Positions 19,506 through 30,605 of a stretch of 64,000 nucleotides of DNA are shown in pieces (positions within the stretch are counted from its first letter, which is position 1; each line of letters opens with the position of its first letter). This DNA is from an uncultured Acidobacteriota bacterium (lineage in GTDB: Bacteria; Acidobacteriota; Thermoanaerobaculia; UBA5066), in assembly GCA_963779415.1 (NCBI GenBank), contig CAVZYA010000003.1:128001-192000 (forward strand). Direction: 5' to 3'. Under the pieces are notes generated by a model. It was not told where the DNA came from and did not search any database. It was given only the letters and a program-made list of their open reading frames with translations. A program made the translations under genes and the position numbers.

Positions 19506-21739
19506 CTCTTCTTCGCGTAGACGAGAGCGACGGACGCCGCGAGACCCAGAAGCGTGGCCGCGGCTCCCGGCCCGAGGCCCGGCGGCGAATAGGTCCACGA
19601 GACGACGTGCGTTCCGTCCGGTACCACGATACCCATTCCGGCCACGTTCGCGAGGACGATCGGCGAGGCGACCCCGTCGACGCGGCCGGCCCATCCGGGG
19701 GCGAGCGGAGTCTGCATCACGGCGAGGCACCTCCCCTCGCATCCCGCGCGAGCCGACACGCGATGCGGCCGCGTCTCGAGAACCTCGAGGCGGCCCGTCC
19801 CGCCGAGACCGAGAGGCTCCGCCACGACCGCCTCCCGGGAAAAGTCGGTCGCGTCGAGGGCGGCGTTCCACGGGCCCGTCGAGACTCTCTCCATGACAGC
19901 CAGCCGCACCGTCCCGAGCGCCCGCGGGTTCCGGTAGACCGTGCCGCCCCCCGCGATCGCGGCTTCTTCCCATCCGGCGGCGAAGGGCGCTCCCTCCGGA
20001 AGCGGTGAGAGCGAGACCATCCACCGGACGCCCCACGCCCCCGAAAGGCCGCTCCACGGCGCGAGGATCGTTCCGAGGAGAGGGTCGGTCGCCGCGAGCG
20101 CTTCCTGCAGCGATCGAAACGCCGGCGGCGCCACCGGGTCGTTCGCCCGCAGGTCGGAAAGGCCGAGGCGTGCCGCGAAATTCGGCGGGAGCGCCGCGGC
20201 ATAGCCGAGCATCCGCTCGCCGGGAGCGGCCATCCGGCGAAGCTCCTCCACGGCCGGAGGCGCCGCCGCCGGCACCGAGGCCGGAAGGACGTTCCACCCG
20301 ACGAGACACGCCTCGACCGCCACGACGGCGGGGAGCGCCGCTCCCTGCGCGCGCCGCCCGACGAGCGCCGCAACGATCAGAAGAACGGGGACCGCCGCAG
20401 GTGCGAGCGCCGCGCGCGGAACGGGGCGAAGCGGGGACGTCAGTAGCAGCGCTGCCACGGCGATGCCGAGGACGAGCGCGGCCGGAATCAGCCGGCCGCC
20501 GTGGCGGCGCGCGAGCCATGCATCGGCGCCGAGACCCGCAAGGAGAACGAGCGCGAATCCGGGAAGGAAGCCCGCGCGGTACCAGAGGAGCTTCGGAAAG
20601 ACCGGCAGCGCGAGGAAGATCTCCCGGAATCCGGGGATGACGAAGAGAAATCCGGTCCCGAGGAGCCCCATGGCGAGGAAGGCGAGCGCGGCACGGCGAT
20701 GGCGGCGCCGCGGCCACGCGGCCACCGCGAGCGCCCACGCGGCCGCTCCCACGCTGAAGGCGATTCCGGCGGCGGCGAATCCCTGCCGCCACGTGCCGTC
20801 CGCCGGGTGCCCGTATCGCCACGGAACGAGAAACGTCGAGGCCACCATCTCCGAGAGGACGCGGCCGAGCGGAACCACCGCGGACGACGGTTTCCCTCCG
20901 AGGATGCGGGGAATGCTCAGAAGGACCGGCAGGATCCCCGCTGCCGAGACGAGAAGCGCGATTGCCAGCGGCGCCGCGACCCGGCCGAGCCGGCGCGCCT
21001 TTCCCCAGCCGAGAACCATGCCGGCGAGAGCCGTGCCGAGAAAGAGAAACCCCGCCGCCTCGACGCTGACGCCCCCTCCGAGAAGGGCGCCGAAGAGGAG
21101 CGAGAGCGCCGCCGCCGACCGGCCCCGGCCGCGCAGGGCTCCGACGAGAAAGTGGAAAGCCCACGGGGCCGCCGCGTAGACCCACCCCATCGGCGAGACG
21201 AGCCACGAGAGGATGCCGAGGCTGAAGCCCCACGCGATCCCTCCGGCGCCGGCGGCGGCCGGCTTCAGACCGAGGCGCCGCAGCAGGAGGAATGTCCCGA
21301 GCGCGGCGAGCTCGAGCTTCAGGAGCGCCATCACGTCCGTCCCGCTCTCGGCGCCGAAGAGCCAGACCGGTAGCTGCGGCGGGAAGAGGAGAGACGTCTG
21401 CCCCCCCGCGAAGAGAGGAAGGCCCCCGCCGATCCGGTCGCTGATCCACGGAGGATCGCCGGCCGCGACGAGGCGCCGGACCTCCTCCCACCAGACGTGG
21501 AGCTGCGTCGGAAGGTCGACCTGGTCCGGCGAGCCGGAGACGGTCCGGACCGTTCCCCACGACTCGCCGCCGAGCGGCCCCGGCCCGAGGTGGGCCCCCG
21601 AGAGGAGGACGCGTCCCGGAAGCAAGAGAAGGAGGAGATCGACCGCCAGCTGGAAGCGGAGAGCCGCGCGGCTTCGCCGGAGCCCGACATGGAGCGCCGC
21701 AAAGAGCCCGGCGGCAAAGAGCGCGGCGGCGAGGCTCAC
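19502..21739 (-). CDS. YfhO-like multi-pass membrane protein (GT-C fold glycosyltransferase)
   Basis: PPWISDRIGGGLPLFA N-terminal loop, many TM helices, C-terminal PGWAGRVDG...VPDGTHVV..YSPP domain. Confidence 0.75.
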   Translation of the reverse strand: MSLAAALFAAGLFAALHVGLRRSRAALRFQLAVDLLLLLLPGRVLLSGAHLGPGPLGGESWGTVRTVSGSPDQVDLPTQLHVWWEEVRRLVAAGDPPWISDRIGGGLPLFAGGQTSLLFPPQLPVWLFGAESGTDVMALLKLELAALGTFLLLRRLGLKPAAAGAGGIAWGFSLGILSWLVSPMGWVYAAAPWAFHFLVGALRGRGRSAAALSLLFGALLGGGVSVEAAGFLFLGTALAGMVLGWGKARRLGRVAAPLAIALLVSAAGILPVLLSIPRILGGKPSSAVVPLGRVLSEMVASTFLVPWRYGHPADGTWRQGFAAAGIAFSVGAAAWALAVAAWPRRRHRRAALAFLAMGLLGTGFLFVIPGFREIFLALPVFPKLLWYRAGFLPGFALVLLAGLGADAWLARRHGGRLIPAALVLGIAVAALLLTSPLRPVPRAALAPAAVPVLLIVAALVGRRAQGAALPAVVAVEACLVGWNVLPASVPAAAPPAVEELRRMAAPGERMLGYAAALPPNFAARLGLSDLRANDPVAPPAFRSLQEALAATDPLLGTILAPWSGLSGAWGVRWMVSLSPLPEGAPFAAGWEEAAIAGGGTVYRNPRALGTVRLAVMERVSTGPWNAALDATDFSREAVVAEPLGLGGTGRLEVLETRPHRVSARAGCEGRCLAVMQTPLAPGWAGRVDGVASPIVLANVAGMGIVVPDGTHVVSWTYSPPGLGPGAAATLLGLAASVALVYAKKR

Positions 21740-21749
21740 TTGGGCGATC

Positions 21750-23351
21750 TTAGGTCAGCGTCACGAGCCGGGCCGACTCGATCCCCTCCACCCGCGCGAG
21801 CCCTTCGGCGAGCGACGATTCGATCGGCGCGCCGTCGGGGCGGTCGATCCGGACCACGGCTGCCGCCCGGCCGGCGCGGCCGCGGGCGAGGTCGAAGTCG
21901 ACGATGTTGACCCCGCGCTCGCCGAGGAAGGTCCCGATCCGGCCGACGACGCCGGGGACGTCGCGATTCGTGATGACGAGGAGCGTCCCTTCGGGAGTGA
22001 ACTCGATCGGTAGGCCGTCGAACTCAACGATACGGCCGTGCCGGTCGTCGAAGAGAGTCCCGGCGGCCGAGCGCGTGCCCGCCTTCGTCGTCAGGGAGAC
22101 GCTGACGAGGTTCGCATAGCCTCCGGCGTCGTCCTTCACGGAGTCCGTCACGGCGACGCCGTTCAGCCGCGCGAGCACCGGCGCGTTCACGAGGTTCACG
22201 TCCTCCCCGTACGAAGGGGAAAGAGCGCCGCGCACGGCAGAGACCGAACACGCCTTCCGGACGGAATCCGGCACCCCGGCCAGCGTCACGGAAAGGGCCG
22301 TCGGAGGCGCTCCGGCCGCAGACCCAAGGAACCGCCCCACCGTCTCGGCGAGGCGCATCCACGGAAGCGCCGCGTGAGGATCGCCCCCGGCCGGGAACGG
22401 CAGGTTGACGGCGGCGACGAACGGAGACCCCTGGAGGGCCTCGGTGAGCATCTCGACCGTCTCCACCGCTACGCGGTCCTGCGCTTCCACCGTCGAGGCG
22501 CCGAGGTGCGGCGTGCAGACGATCTTCGGGTGCCTCATCAGCGCGAATTCCTTCGGAGGCTCGACCGTGTAGACGTCCAGCGCCGCCCCCGCGAGGTGTC
22601 CCGAATCGAGGGCCGCGACGAGCGCGGACTCGTCCACGAGCGCGCCGCGCGCGCAGTTGACGAGGAAAGCCCCCTTCTTCATCTGCCCGAAACGGGCGGC
22701 GTTCAGGAGCCCCGTCGTCTCCGGCGTCACGGGCGTATGAAGCGAGACGACGTCGGACTGGGCGAGCAGGTCGTCGAGCGAAACCGGTTTCACCCCCAGC
22801 TCCGAGGCACGCTCGGGCGTGACGTAGGGGTCGTAGGCGAGGAGCGCGACGTGCCAGCCGCGGAGGCGCGCGGCGACGCGCGCCCCCACCTGCCCGAGGC
22901 CGACGAGGCCGACCGTCTTTCCCTGAAGCTCGGTCCCGACGAACTTCGTCCTCTTCCATTCTCCCGACTTGAGCGAGACCTGCGCTTCCGGGATCTTCCG
23001 GAGCATCGCGAGGAGAAGGGCCACGGCGTGCTCGGCCGCCGAGACGACGTTTCCCGACGGCGCGTTGACGACGAGGATGCCGCGCTCCGTCGCGGCCTTC
23101 ACGTCGACGTTGTCGAGGCCGACACCGGCCCGGCCCACGACACGGAGCTTCTTCCCCGCCGTCAGGAGCTCGCGGTCGACCTTCGTCGCGGAGCGGACGA
23201 CGAGAGCGTCGTAGTCTCCGATCACGGCGAGAAGCTTCTCGCGCGGAAGCTCCGTCCTCACGTCGACCGCGAGGCCCGCCTCCCCGAGGACGGCGAGCCC
23301 CGTCTCCGAAAGCGGCTCCGCGACGAGGACCCGGGCGGGCGCCCCCGTCAC
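21750..23351 (-). CDS. serA: D-3-phosphoglycerate dehydrogenase (long form with ASB and ACT domains)
   Basis: VRSATKV, GRAGVGLDNVD, GLGQVG, VNCARG, TPHLGAST, NRDVPGVVGRIG. Confidence 0.95.
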   Translation of the reverse strand: MTGAPARVLVAEPLSETGLAVLGEAGLAVDVRTELPREKLLAVIGDYDALVVRSATKVDRELLTAGKKLRVVGRAGVGLDNVDVKAATERGILVVNAPSGNVVSAAEHAVALLLAMLRKIPEAQVSLKSGEWKRTKFVGTELQGKTVGLVGLGQVGARVAARLRGWHVALLAYDPYVTPERASELGVKPVSLDDLLAQSDVVSLHTPVTPETTGLLNAARFGQMKKGAFLVNCARGALVDESALVAALDSGHLAGAALDVYTVEPPKEFALMRHPKIVCTPHLGASTVEAQDRVAVETVEMLTEALQGSPFVAAVNLPFPAGGDPHAALPWMRLAETVGRFLGSAAGAPPTALSVTLAGVPDSVRKACSVSAVRGALSPSYGEDVNLVNAPVLARLNGVAVTDSVKDDAGGYANLVSVSLTTKAGTRSAAGTLFDDRHGRIVEFDGLPIEFTPEGTLLVITNRDVPGVVGRIGTFLGERGVNIVDFDLARGRAGRAAAVVRIDRPDGAPIESSLAEGLARVEGIESARLVTLT

Positions 23352-24478
23352 GCCCCGACCTTTGCCGGAGCCTTCATCGAGGCCGCCACCCGCTCGTACG
23401 CGGAGCAGAGCGCCTTCACCGAGGCCACGTCCACGTCTCCCATGTGCCCGATCCGGATGCAGGTCGGCTTGAACTTCCCGTAGCCGGAGCCCGGCGTGAA
23501 CTTCTCGGCCTTCATTCTCTTGTTCAGCTCCTCGGCGTTCACCCCTTCGGGCGGCATCAGGGAGGAGACCGTGGGCGAGTGCGCGCCGGCCTCCGACGAG
23601 AAGCGGAAGCCCGCCTTCGGGGCCCACTCCTCGACCGCCTTCTGCATCGCGTCGTGCCGCGCCCAGCGGTTCTCCAGCCCCTCGGCGAGGATGTGGTCGA
23701 GCTGCATGTCGAGGGCGTAGAGGAGAGGGATGCAGGGAGTCGTCGGCGTCTGCTTCTTCGCCGCGAAGGCGTCGATGTCGACGAAGTCGAGGTAGAGGCC
23801 GCGGAACTTCTTCTTCTTCGCGGCGGCGAGGGCCCGCTCCGACATCGAGAAGACGGCGAGACCGGGCGGCAGCGCCAGCGCCTTCTGGGAGCCGCAGATC
23901 GCGACGTCGAGGCCCCACGCGTCGACCTCCACGCGCGTCCCGGCGAGCGAGGTGACGACGTCGGCGAACATCAGGGCATCGGAGTTCTCGCGGACGACCT
24001 TCGCGACGGCAGCGAGGTTGGAGATGACCCCCGTCGAAGTCTCGTTGTGGGCGATCGTGACGGCGGCGTACTTCTTCGTGGCGAGCTTCTTCTTCACGTC
24101 CTCGGCCTTCACGGCGAGGCCCCAGTCGAACTTGAGAAGGTCCACCTCGAGGCCGAGACGCTGCCCCATCTCCCCCCACTTGTCGGAGAAGGCGCCGTTC
24201 CCGCAGGAGAGAACCGGGCCTTCGACACAGGAGACGAGCGCCGCCTCCCAGACGCCGGTCGCGGAGCTGGCGAGGGTGTGGGCCTTGCCGGCGGTCCGGA
24301 AGATTTTCGGGAGCTTTTCGAGAATACGTCCGTAGAGATCGGTGAAGGCCTGCGAGCGATGGGACATCATGGGACCGGTCAGCGCCTGCAGCACCTGGGG
24401 CCGCACCCAGACGGGCCCCGGATTGAAGAAGCGAACCTGCCCGGCATTGCCGCTGGTGGAATCGAAGTTGGTGCTCAT
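23348..24478 (-). CDS. Class V PLP aminotransferase (serine-pyruvate/alanine-glyoxylate family), probable SerC role
   Basis: FNPGP, HNETSTG, DVVTS, GSQKALALPPGL, RIGHMG; its stop overlaps the serA start. Confidence 0.88.
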   Translation of the reverse strand: MSTNFDSTSGNAGQVRFFNPGPVWVRPQVLQALTGPMMSHRSQAFTDLYGRILEKLPKIFRTAGKAHTLASSATGVWEAALVSCVEGPVLSCGNGAFSDKWGEMGQRLGLEVDLLKFDWGLAVKAEDVKKKLATKKYAAVTIAHNETSTGVISNLAAVAKVVRENSDALMFADVVTSLAGTRVEVDAWGLDVAICGSQKALALPPGLAVFSMSERALAAAKKKKFRGLYLDFVDIDAFAAKKQTPTTPCIPLLYALDMQLDHILAEGLENRWARHDAMQKAVEEWAPKAGFRFSSEAGAHSPTVSSLMPPEGVNAEELNKRMKAEKFTPGSGYGKFKPTCIRIGHMGDVDVASVKALCSAYERVAASMKAPAKVGA

Positions 24479-24526
24479 GGGGGAAATTCTATCCGGGGAA
24501 GCCGCCGATTCCCCCCTCCAAATGAA

Positions 24527-27500
24527 TCACCTCGTCCGGGTCATAGGGAAGAGCGTCCCGTCCCCCGTGAGCGTTGTCGTTCATGACCCCGTAGCGCCAC
24601 GAAGCGGCCCGTGCCGTCTATCCGCTGGACGTCGGCATAAGCGTCGCCGGAGAAGGCCATCGCCCGCAGTGGGCGGTCGAACTGAAAGCGCTGGCCGGGC
24701 TTGAGGGTGACGGGAGCCAGCGTGCCGACTGCGGCCCCGTCCGACGCCCGCCGAAGTGAAACGGACAGAGTCACCGAGGGTCCCCCGTCTGGCTCCGGAT
24801 TCGCCACGGCGATGTTGGACCGGAAGGCTGCGTCCTCCCTCAGGCCCGGCACGATGGCCTCGTTTTGAGCCCACTGCACCTCGTTTACGACGGGGACGCT
24901 CACGCCATAGTCTCCAGAGGCGCCCGGTCCCCGGGCGAGAACCACTGCCGTCACAAGGAGATCGGCCGCCCCCTCCGGACGATCGGAGCTGAACGAGAGT
25001 GTCCCGACGAAGTTGGACGGGTTAAGAGTGACGCCGTTTCCGGCCAGCCAGGAGCCGACATCATCCACAGAGAGGCTCTTCCCCTGCCCGATCGAAAACG
25101 AAAAGGTCCACGAGCCGCTCCCGTCCCGGTACGTCGCGGAGAAGTCGAGGCTCGATGGCGGATAGTCATTCGAGATGCTCCAGCCGAGGGAGAGTTCGGT
25201 CCGGTACTGGCCGAACTGGGACGTTATCCCCACCACCGCCGGCAGGAAGCGAGTCCGCCGGCCCGGAAGCGTGTCGGGAGGCTCGAATGGAACGATCGTC
25301 CCGTCATTGGTCCCTTGCTCATTCCTGACGATGTACCCCAGGAGGTCGTCCTGTGCGGAGAAAGAGCTGTTCAAGACGTCGGCGGCAGTCACGCGGAGGG
25401 GCGTCGTGAGGTAGTACGAGGGTAGATTCATCTGTCGCAAGGACCCATTCGGTATCGTCCCGCTCAGATAATCCAAGCTCCAGTCCTGCCATTGGACAAA
25501 GAAGGCGATGTCCTTCTGCGGCCCGTCGCCAGAAGCTGCCACGGCGAGGTGGGTCCGGGTGCCCGGCCTCGGGACGGGGGGCAGAATGGCGGTCTGATGA
25601 GGCAGGCTGCCGGGATCGGTTCCGACGAGGGATGTTCCAGCCGTTCCGCCATCTGCAGCGCTGAACACGCGCACGGCGGCCCATGCGTCCCGTTCATCGG
25701 TCAGGCCGTCGAACTCGACGGCCATCGGACCGACGAAGTCAGGTAAGGGATCTTCGATCGTCATCTGGACGCCAGGCGAAAGAGGCACCTCCATCACCTG
25801 CGTCGTGCCCGCCCCGACATAGACGCGGGCAACGGCGGGCGATGTCGTAGAGAAATTGGCGACGGTGAGCTCGCTCCGGTAGTGAACGCCGCCAAACCCC
25901 GTCGTGTCGGCGACGGCCGCGAGGTTTTTCCTCACGCGCCAGGATGGAGTGAACAGGGGGCCGCGCCCGTATGAGGCATAAACATTGGACGCGCCGAACC
26001 GTCCTTTCGTATCGATCGCACCAGGGAGGATTGACCCTCGTTGGGCCCGGAGCTGACCGTTCACGAGCGAGAGCCCCGCAAGGAACAACGTGTCACCGAC
26101 GACGGCAAGCGACGGCTCCGGAACCTGATTCCACAGATAAACGTCGGTCCTCGAGATGTCCTCTGCGGTCACCAGCGTTTGATAGCCGCTGCCCGTGCGT
26201 GTGACGATTATTGCTTTGAGCCTGTCCACCCTGGTGCCGTCCCAGACGAGCAGGTACAGCTTTCCGCCGACACTCGCAACGTCGCGGACCACGAGGTTCG
26301 GATCGAGATCGGGAAACGCGGGGACCAGTCGGTCGCCTTCGAGCTTGTACGTCGGCTCGATGTTCGACACAGGCCAGCAACTCCAAGACGTCATCACGTA
26401 GATGCTGTCGTTCGCCTCGCTGATTCGCGAGGTGCCCGAAGCGCACACTCCCGGAGGGGGTGTGCCGGAAAACACGTCCCATCGGCCGTCTCGAAGCCTC
26501 GCGACCTCTCCGACGGGGCCTCCGACATAAAGGTCGTCTCCCGAGACCAGCGTCGGCCTACCGAATCCCGCCGGAACACAAGGTCCGCCCACGAATCGGA
26601 GGTCGGGTCGTAAGCCAGGAGTGCGTATCCAGGGAAAGGACTCTCATCGAGGACGACGGGCCGATCCTGCCAGACCACCGTAACCGTGGAAGCCTTGGGA
26701 TGTGGAGGAGGCGGTACCCACGCCCAGCCTTCAGTCTCCCGCCCGAAGAGCGCAGCTCCACGGATGGCGAATGTCTTCTTGGCTCCCATCAGGTAGGAGC
26801 CCGCTCCTGCGCTCCCTGTGATCCCCGTCGTCTCGACCCAGCCCGACGGCCCGCGCATGTACACGTTCCAGCCGTCTGCTGCTGTGAAGAGCCGATTCCC
26901 AGCAGCCAAGACCTGGGCCACGGGATAGGATGCGGCCGCCATGACCGGTGACTCGGGCGTCATCCGGACGAATTTCCCGTTCTGAAGCTCGTAGATGCTC
27001 CCGCTCCGAAGGCGACTCGCGAGGAGAAGCTCGTTACCCCACTCGAGGGGGATACAGCCTGGCCCATACCAGAACACGTCCGGAGGCAGAGAGATGGGGT
27101 CAGAGAGGCCGGCAGCCGTCAAGATTCTCACGACGTCGTCGCCAGTAGCTGATTTGATACATCACCCAGAGGCTGTTCGGAGTCGAGAAGAGAGCGTCCG
27201 TGGGGAGATCCCAGGCCGGCAGAGATGTCCAGTGGTCTCCGTCCAGCCGGAAAAACGGTAGAGCGGAGGTGGCATTTGGCGTTCGTCCGGCTGCTTTCGA
27301 GCTGGGCCCTCCGCAGGGGGGCGAGTCCTGGATCAGATAGAGCTGCCCCGAGAGCGCGAAGAGCTTTCCGTAGCAGGATGGCATCGGCGGCTCCTGGCGG
27401 ACCGAGCCGTCCACGAGGGAGATCGAGAGCAGCCCGTGCGAATCCCCCCCTTCTGTCGGACATGTCTGCAACGTGACGCAGTTACTGTTGAACGACTCTG

Positions 27501-27894
27501 CTGGAACAAAGATACGGTCGTTGGCTGGGATTCGAGGCTGGCCTGTCCACGGCCCCGACGCGATCTGTGTCCAGTCGTTCCCTTTCAGGACGAAGATGAG
27601 AAGCTGGCCGTTCTGTACGGTCGTAGCGACGAACCGGCCGCCCGAGAAGAAGATCCACGCGGCGCTTCCCACGACCGCCGCAGTGTTCAACTCGACCGGG
27701 TGCCAGCTCGCCCCATCGAATTCGAAGGCGTCCAGGCCGCTGAACGCCAGCGTCCTGGTGTCGTCACCCAGGATGAGCCCGACATCAGGGGCGCGGGGCC
27801 CTTCGTCCGCCACCTTCCAGGTGACGTCCGCGGCAACCGGCCGGCCGAGCACGCCCGCGAGGGCGCCGAGGAGGACCAGCGACCGCGGGAGCAT
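24527..27894 (-). CDS. Large secreted protein: beta-propeller-like N-terminus plus tandem Ig-like domains (several frameshifts)
   Basis: Signal peptide MLPRSLVLLGALAGVLGRPVAA; repeated blade-like ends (FDGASW, LKGNDW, LDGDHW, YDPTSDSW, LRDGRW); ORF pieces 27100-27945, 26394-27131 and 24541-26592 join up. Confidence 0.7.
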
Positions 27895-27937
27895 CCGCTC
27901 ACTCCTCCTCCCCCCAAAGTAATGATCCGTCACGCTC

Positions 27938-28603
27938 TTACCCAACGGAAGGGAACAAACGGATCAGATCATCCAAGGAGGCAAGGAGAACGTCGGGCCC
28001 GGCGGCAGCGAGCTCTTCGGCCGTCGCCGAGCCCGTGGAGACGGCGGCGACAGGAATCTCCGCGGCGCGGGCCGCCCGGATGTCGAGCGGCATGTCGCCG
28101 ACGTAGAGGGCGTCGGCCGCCTTCACGCCGAGTAAAGCGAGCGCCATGAAGAGCATGTGAGGAGCCGGTTTGGGCGGGAAGCCGTCGTCGGGTCCATGGA
28201 CGACGCCGAAACGGTCGAGGATGCCGAAGTGGGAGAGGAGCTGCCGGGAGAAGACGGCCGGCTTGTTCGACACCACGGCAAGCTTCACGCCACGGTCGTG
28301 GAGGGCCTTCGTCACGTCGTCCGCACCGGGGAGCAGAGAGGTCGCTTCGGGCCCCGCCGCCTCGTAGCTTTCCAGGAAGAGATGGACACCCTCGGACGCA
28401 CGAGACGGCCCGACGGCCTCGGACATCAGGATCTCCACTCCGCGGCCTACCCGGCGGCGCGTCTCTTCGAGCGTCCACTCGGGAAGGCCGAAGCTGCGCT
28501 GGACGAATGCGACGGAAGCGTGGATCGCCGCGTACGAATCGAGAAGCGTTCCGTCGAGGTCGAAGACGACGGCGGCGATCGGACGAGGAAAGCTGGGGGT
28601 CAA
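27938..28603 (-). CDS. HAD-superfamily hydrolase (phosphoglycolate phosphatase-like)
   Basis: FDLDGTLLDS, VSNK, KPAP, YVGD...D. Confidence 0.9.
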   Translation of the reverse strand: MTPSFPRPIAAVVFDLDGTLLDSYAAIHASVAFVQRSFGLPEWTLEETRRRVGRGVEILMSEAVGPSRASEGVHLFLESYEAAGPEATSLLPGADDVTKALHDRGVKLAVVSNKPAVFSRQLLSHFGILDRFGVVHGPDDGFPPKPAPHMLFMALALLGVKAADALYVGDMPLDIRAARAAEIPVAAVSTGSATAEELAAAGPDVLLASLDDLIRLFPSVG

Positions 28604-29634
28604 TCCTCGTCCTTCTCCTCGAACTCGGCCACGACCTCTTTCTTCGAATAGAGCTTCAGTCGCGTTCCCTTGATCGACCACCCCGTCACGTCCTTAAGCG
28701 CGTCGAGATAGGCGCGTTCGCGGTCTGCCCCTTCCTTGCATGCCATCCGGGACGTGCCGAGGGTGGAGAGGGTCAGGCTGTCGTTCAGCAGCTCGTAACG
28801 CCCCATCAGCCGGTTGCACCCTGTCGTGCCGGAGACCCGGTGGCTTCCGACCTCGAGGCGAAACGAAAGCGACTTCAGCCCGATTCCGGCAGCGACGGGG
28901 TGTCCCCGGAGCGTCACGAGCATCCAGTCGATCCCTACCGGCGTCGTCACGGCCGGCTTTCTCTGCAGCTCCGGCCGCGGCGGACAGCTCTCGCCCGGCG
29001 ACACCTTCTCGAAACGGTCGACGACGACGGCGATCCCGGTTCCTCCGCCCTCCGCCTTCGGGCGTTCCACGAGATGTCCGGTGAACGCGGAGAGAAGCGA
29101 CGCGCCCGGATCCGGGCGCTTCGCCACGTACGCACGTTCGAGGGCGAGGGCGTCGCCTCCCGTCGCCACCGGCAGCGTCAGTCCCGTCCGGCAGAGCGTG
29201 ATCGACGCCGCGTCGGCCATGGAGACGAACATCCCCGTGAGCGGGAACGGATCCGTGATCAGACGGAACTCGGGATCCCGCTTCAGGTCGTAGTTCAGCT
29301 TCGACTCGATCGGGCGTCCCGCTGCATCCAGCTTGCGGAGCGTGTCGGAGTCGACGACCCGGTAAAGCTCCGTCTGGTCGGCGCGGCCGTGAAGGACCAG
29401 CTCTCCTTCGTCGAGGGCGAACTCGCCGAACTCGACGAGGACGTTCTTTCGCTCGAGGTACTCCATCCGGGAGACGTAGCTCCCGTCCTTCAGGAGATTC
29501 AGCGTCATCTTGATTCCCGGGCAGTCCGCGCACGGAAGGGTTCCCGAGTACGACTCCGCCGCCGAAAGAACCGGCGGCCGGGCGGACGGATCGGAGGCGA
29601 GCGCGAGGAGAAGCGAAAGCGCGATGAGGTTCAT
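28600..29634 (-). CDS. NlpE/CutF-domain + META-domain exported protein
   Basis: YSGTLPCADCPGI (NlpE-N), GMFVSMADAASITLC, SGTTGCNRLMGRY...SRMAC (META/HslJ). Confidence 0.85.
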   Translation of the reverse strand: MNLIALSLLLALASDPSARPPVLSAAESYSGTLPCADCPGIKMTLNLLKDGSYVSRMEYLERKNVLVEFGEFALDEGELVLHGRADQTELYRVVDSDTLRKLDAAGRPIESKLNYDLKRDPEFRLITDPFPLTGMFVSMADAASITLCRTGLTLPVATGGDALALERAYVAKRPDPGASLLSAFTGHLVERPKAEGGGTGIAVVVDRFEKVSPGESCPPRPELQRKPAVTTPVGIDWMLVTLRGHPVAAGIGLKSLSFRLEVGSHRVSGTTGCNRLMGRYELLNDSLTLSTLGTSRMACKEGADRERAYLDALKDVTGWSIKGTRLKLYSKKEVVAEFEEKDED

Positions 29635-29650
29635 CTGATTCCCCCGGATT

Positions 29651-30605
29651 TCAGTCTACCGAAAGGACGATCTTTCCGACGTTCTCGTTGGCCGCCATCC
29701 GGCGGAGGGCGTCGCCGGCGTGCGCGAGCGGAAGGACGGAGTCGACGACCGTCCGGAGCGACCCGTCGGAGAAGCCCGGAAGCACGTCGCGGACGAAGGC
29801 CGCGGTCAGCTCCACCTTCTCGGCCGTCGGACGGGCGCGGAGCGTCGAGCCGAGGATCCGGAGCCGCTTCGTAAGGACGGTGCGGAGGTCGATCGTCGAG
29901 GAGCCGCCCCCCATCGACGCGATCAGGACGAGCCGCCCGCACCGCGCCATCACGCGGAGGTTTCGCTCGAGGAACGGCCCCCCCACCGGATCGAGGACGA
30001 GGTCGATGGCGTTCTGGCCGTACGTCTTCTCGATCTCCGCGGCGAAGTCGTCCTTCGAAGTGTCGATCACGAGCGCCGCGCCGAGGGCGGCGAGTGAATC
30101 AATCTTGATGGCGCTTCGCGTCGTGGCGACGGCGAGGATCCGATTTCTTCGAAGAAGCTGAAGCGCCGCCGTTCCGACTCCCGAGGCCGCCGCATGGATC
30201 AGAGCCTTCTCCCCGGCCTTCAGCCCTCCCTCGTGGAAGAGGTTCAGGTACGCGGTGAACCACGCTTCGGGGATGGAGGCCGCCTCGACGAACCCCATCC
30301 CTTCCGGAACCGGCATCAGCATTCCGCGGGGAACGGAGACCTTCTCGGCATACCCCCCGCCGGGAAGGAGGAAGAAGACGCGCTCGCCGCGTCTCCTCCA
30401 CCTCCCCGGCGGCCTCGAGGCCGAGAATCTCCGAAGCGCCGGGGGGCGGCGGATACCTGCCGGCCGCCTGCAGAAGGTCGGCGCGGTTGACGGCCGTCGC
30501 CCTCACCCGGACGACGACCTCGCCCGGGCCCGGAACGGGATCGGGCGCCTCGCCGAAGATCAGCGCCTCGGGACCGCCGGGCTTCGGGACGAGGATGGCC
30601 TTCAA
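29651..30605 (-). CDS. NAD(P)H:quinone oxidoreductase (zeta-crystallin/PIG3 family), frameshift near 30390
   Basis: PGGPEAL, VNRADLLQAAGRYPPPPGASEILGLE, IHAAASGVG, GSTLRAR, GKIVL. Confidence 0.9.
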
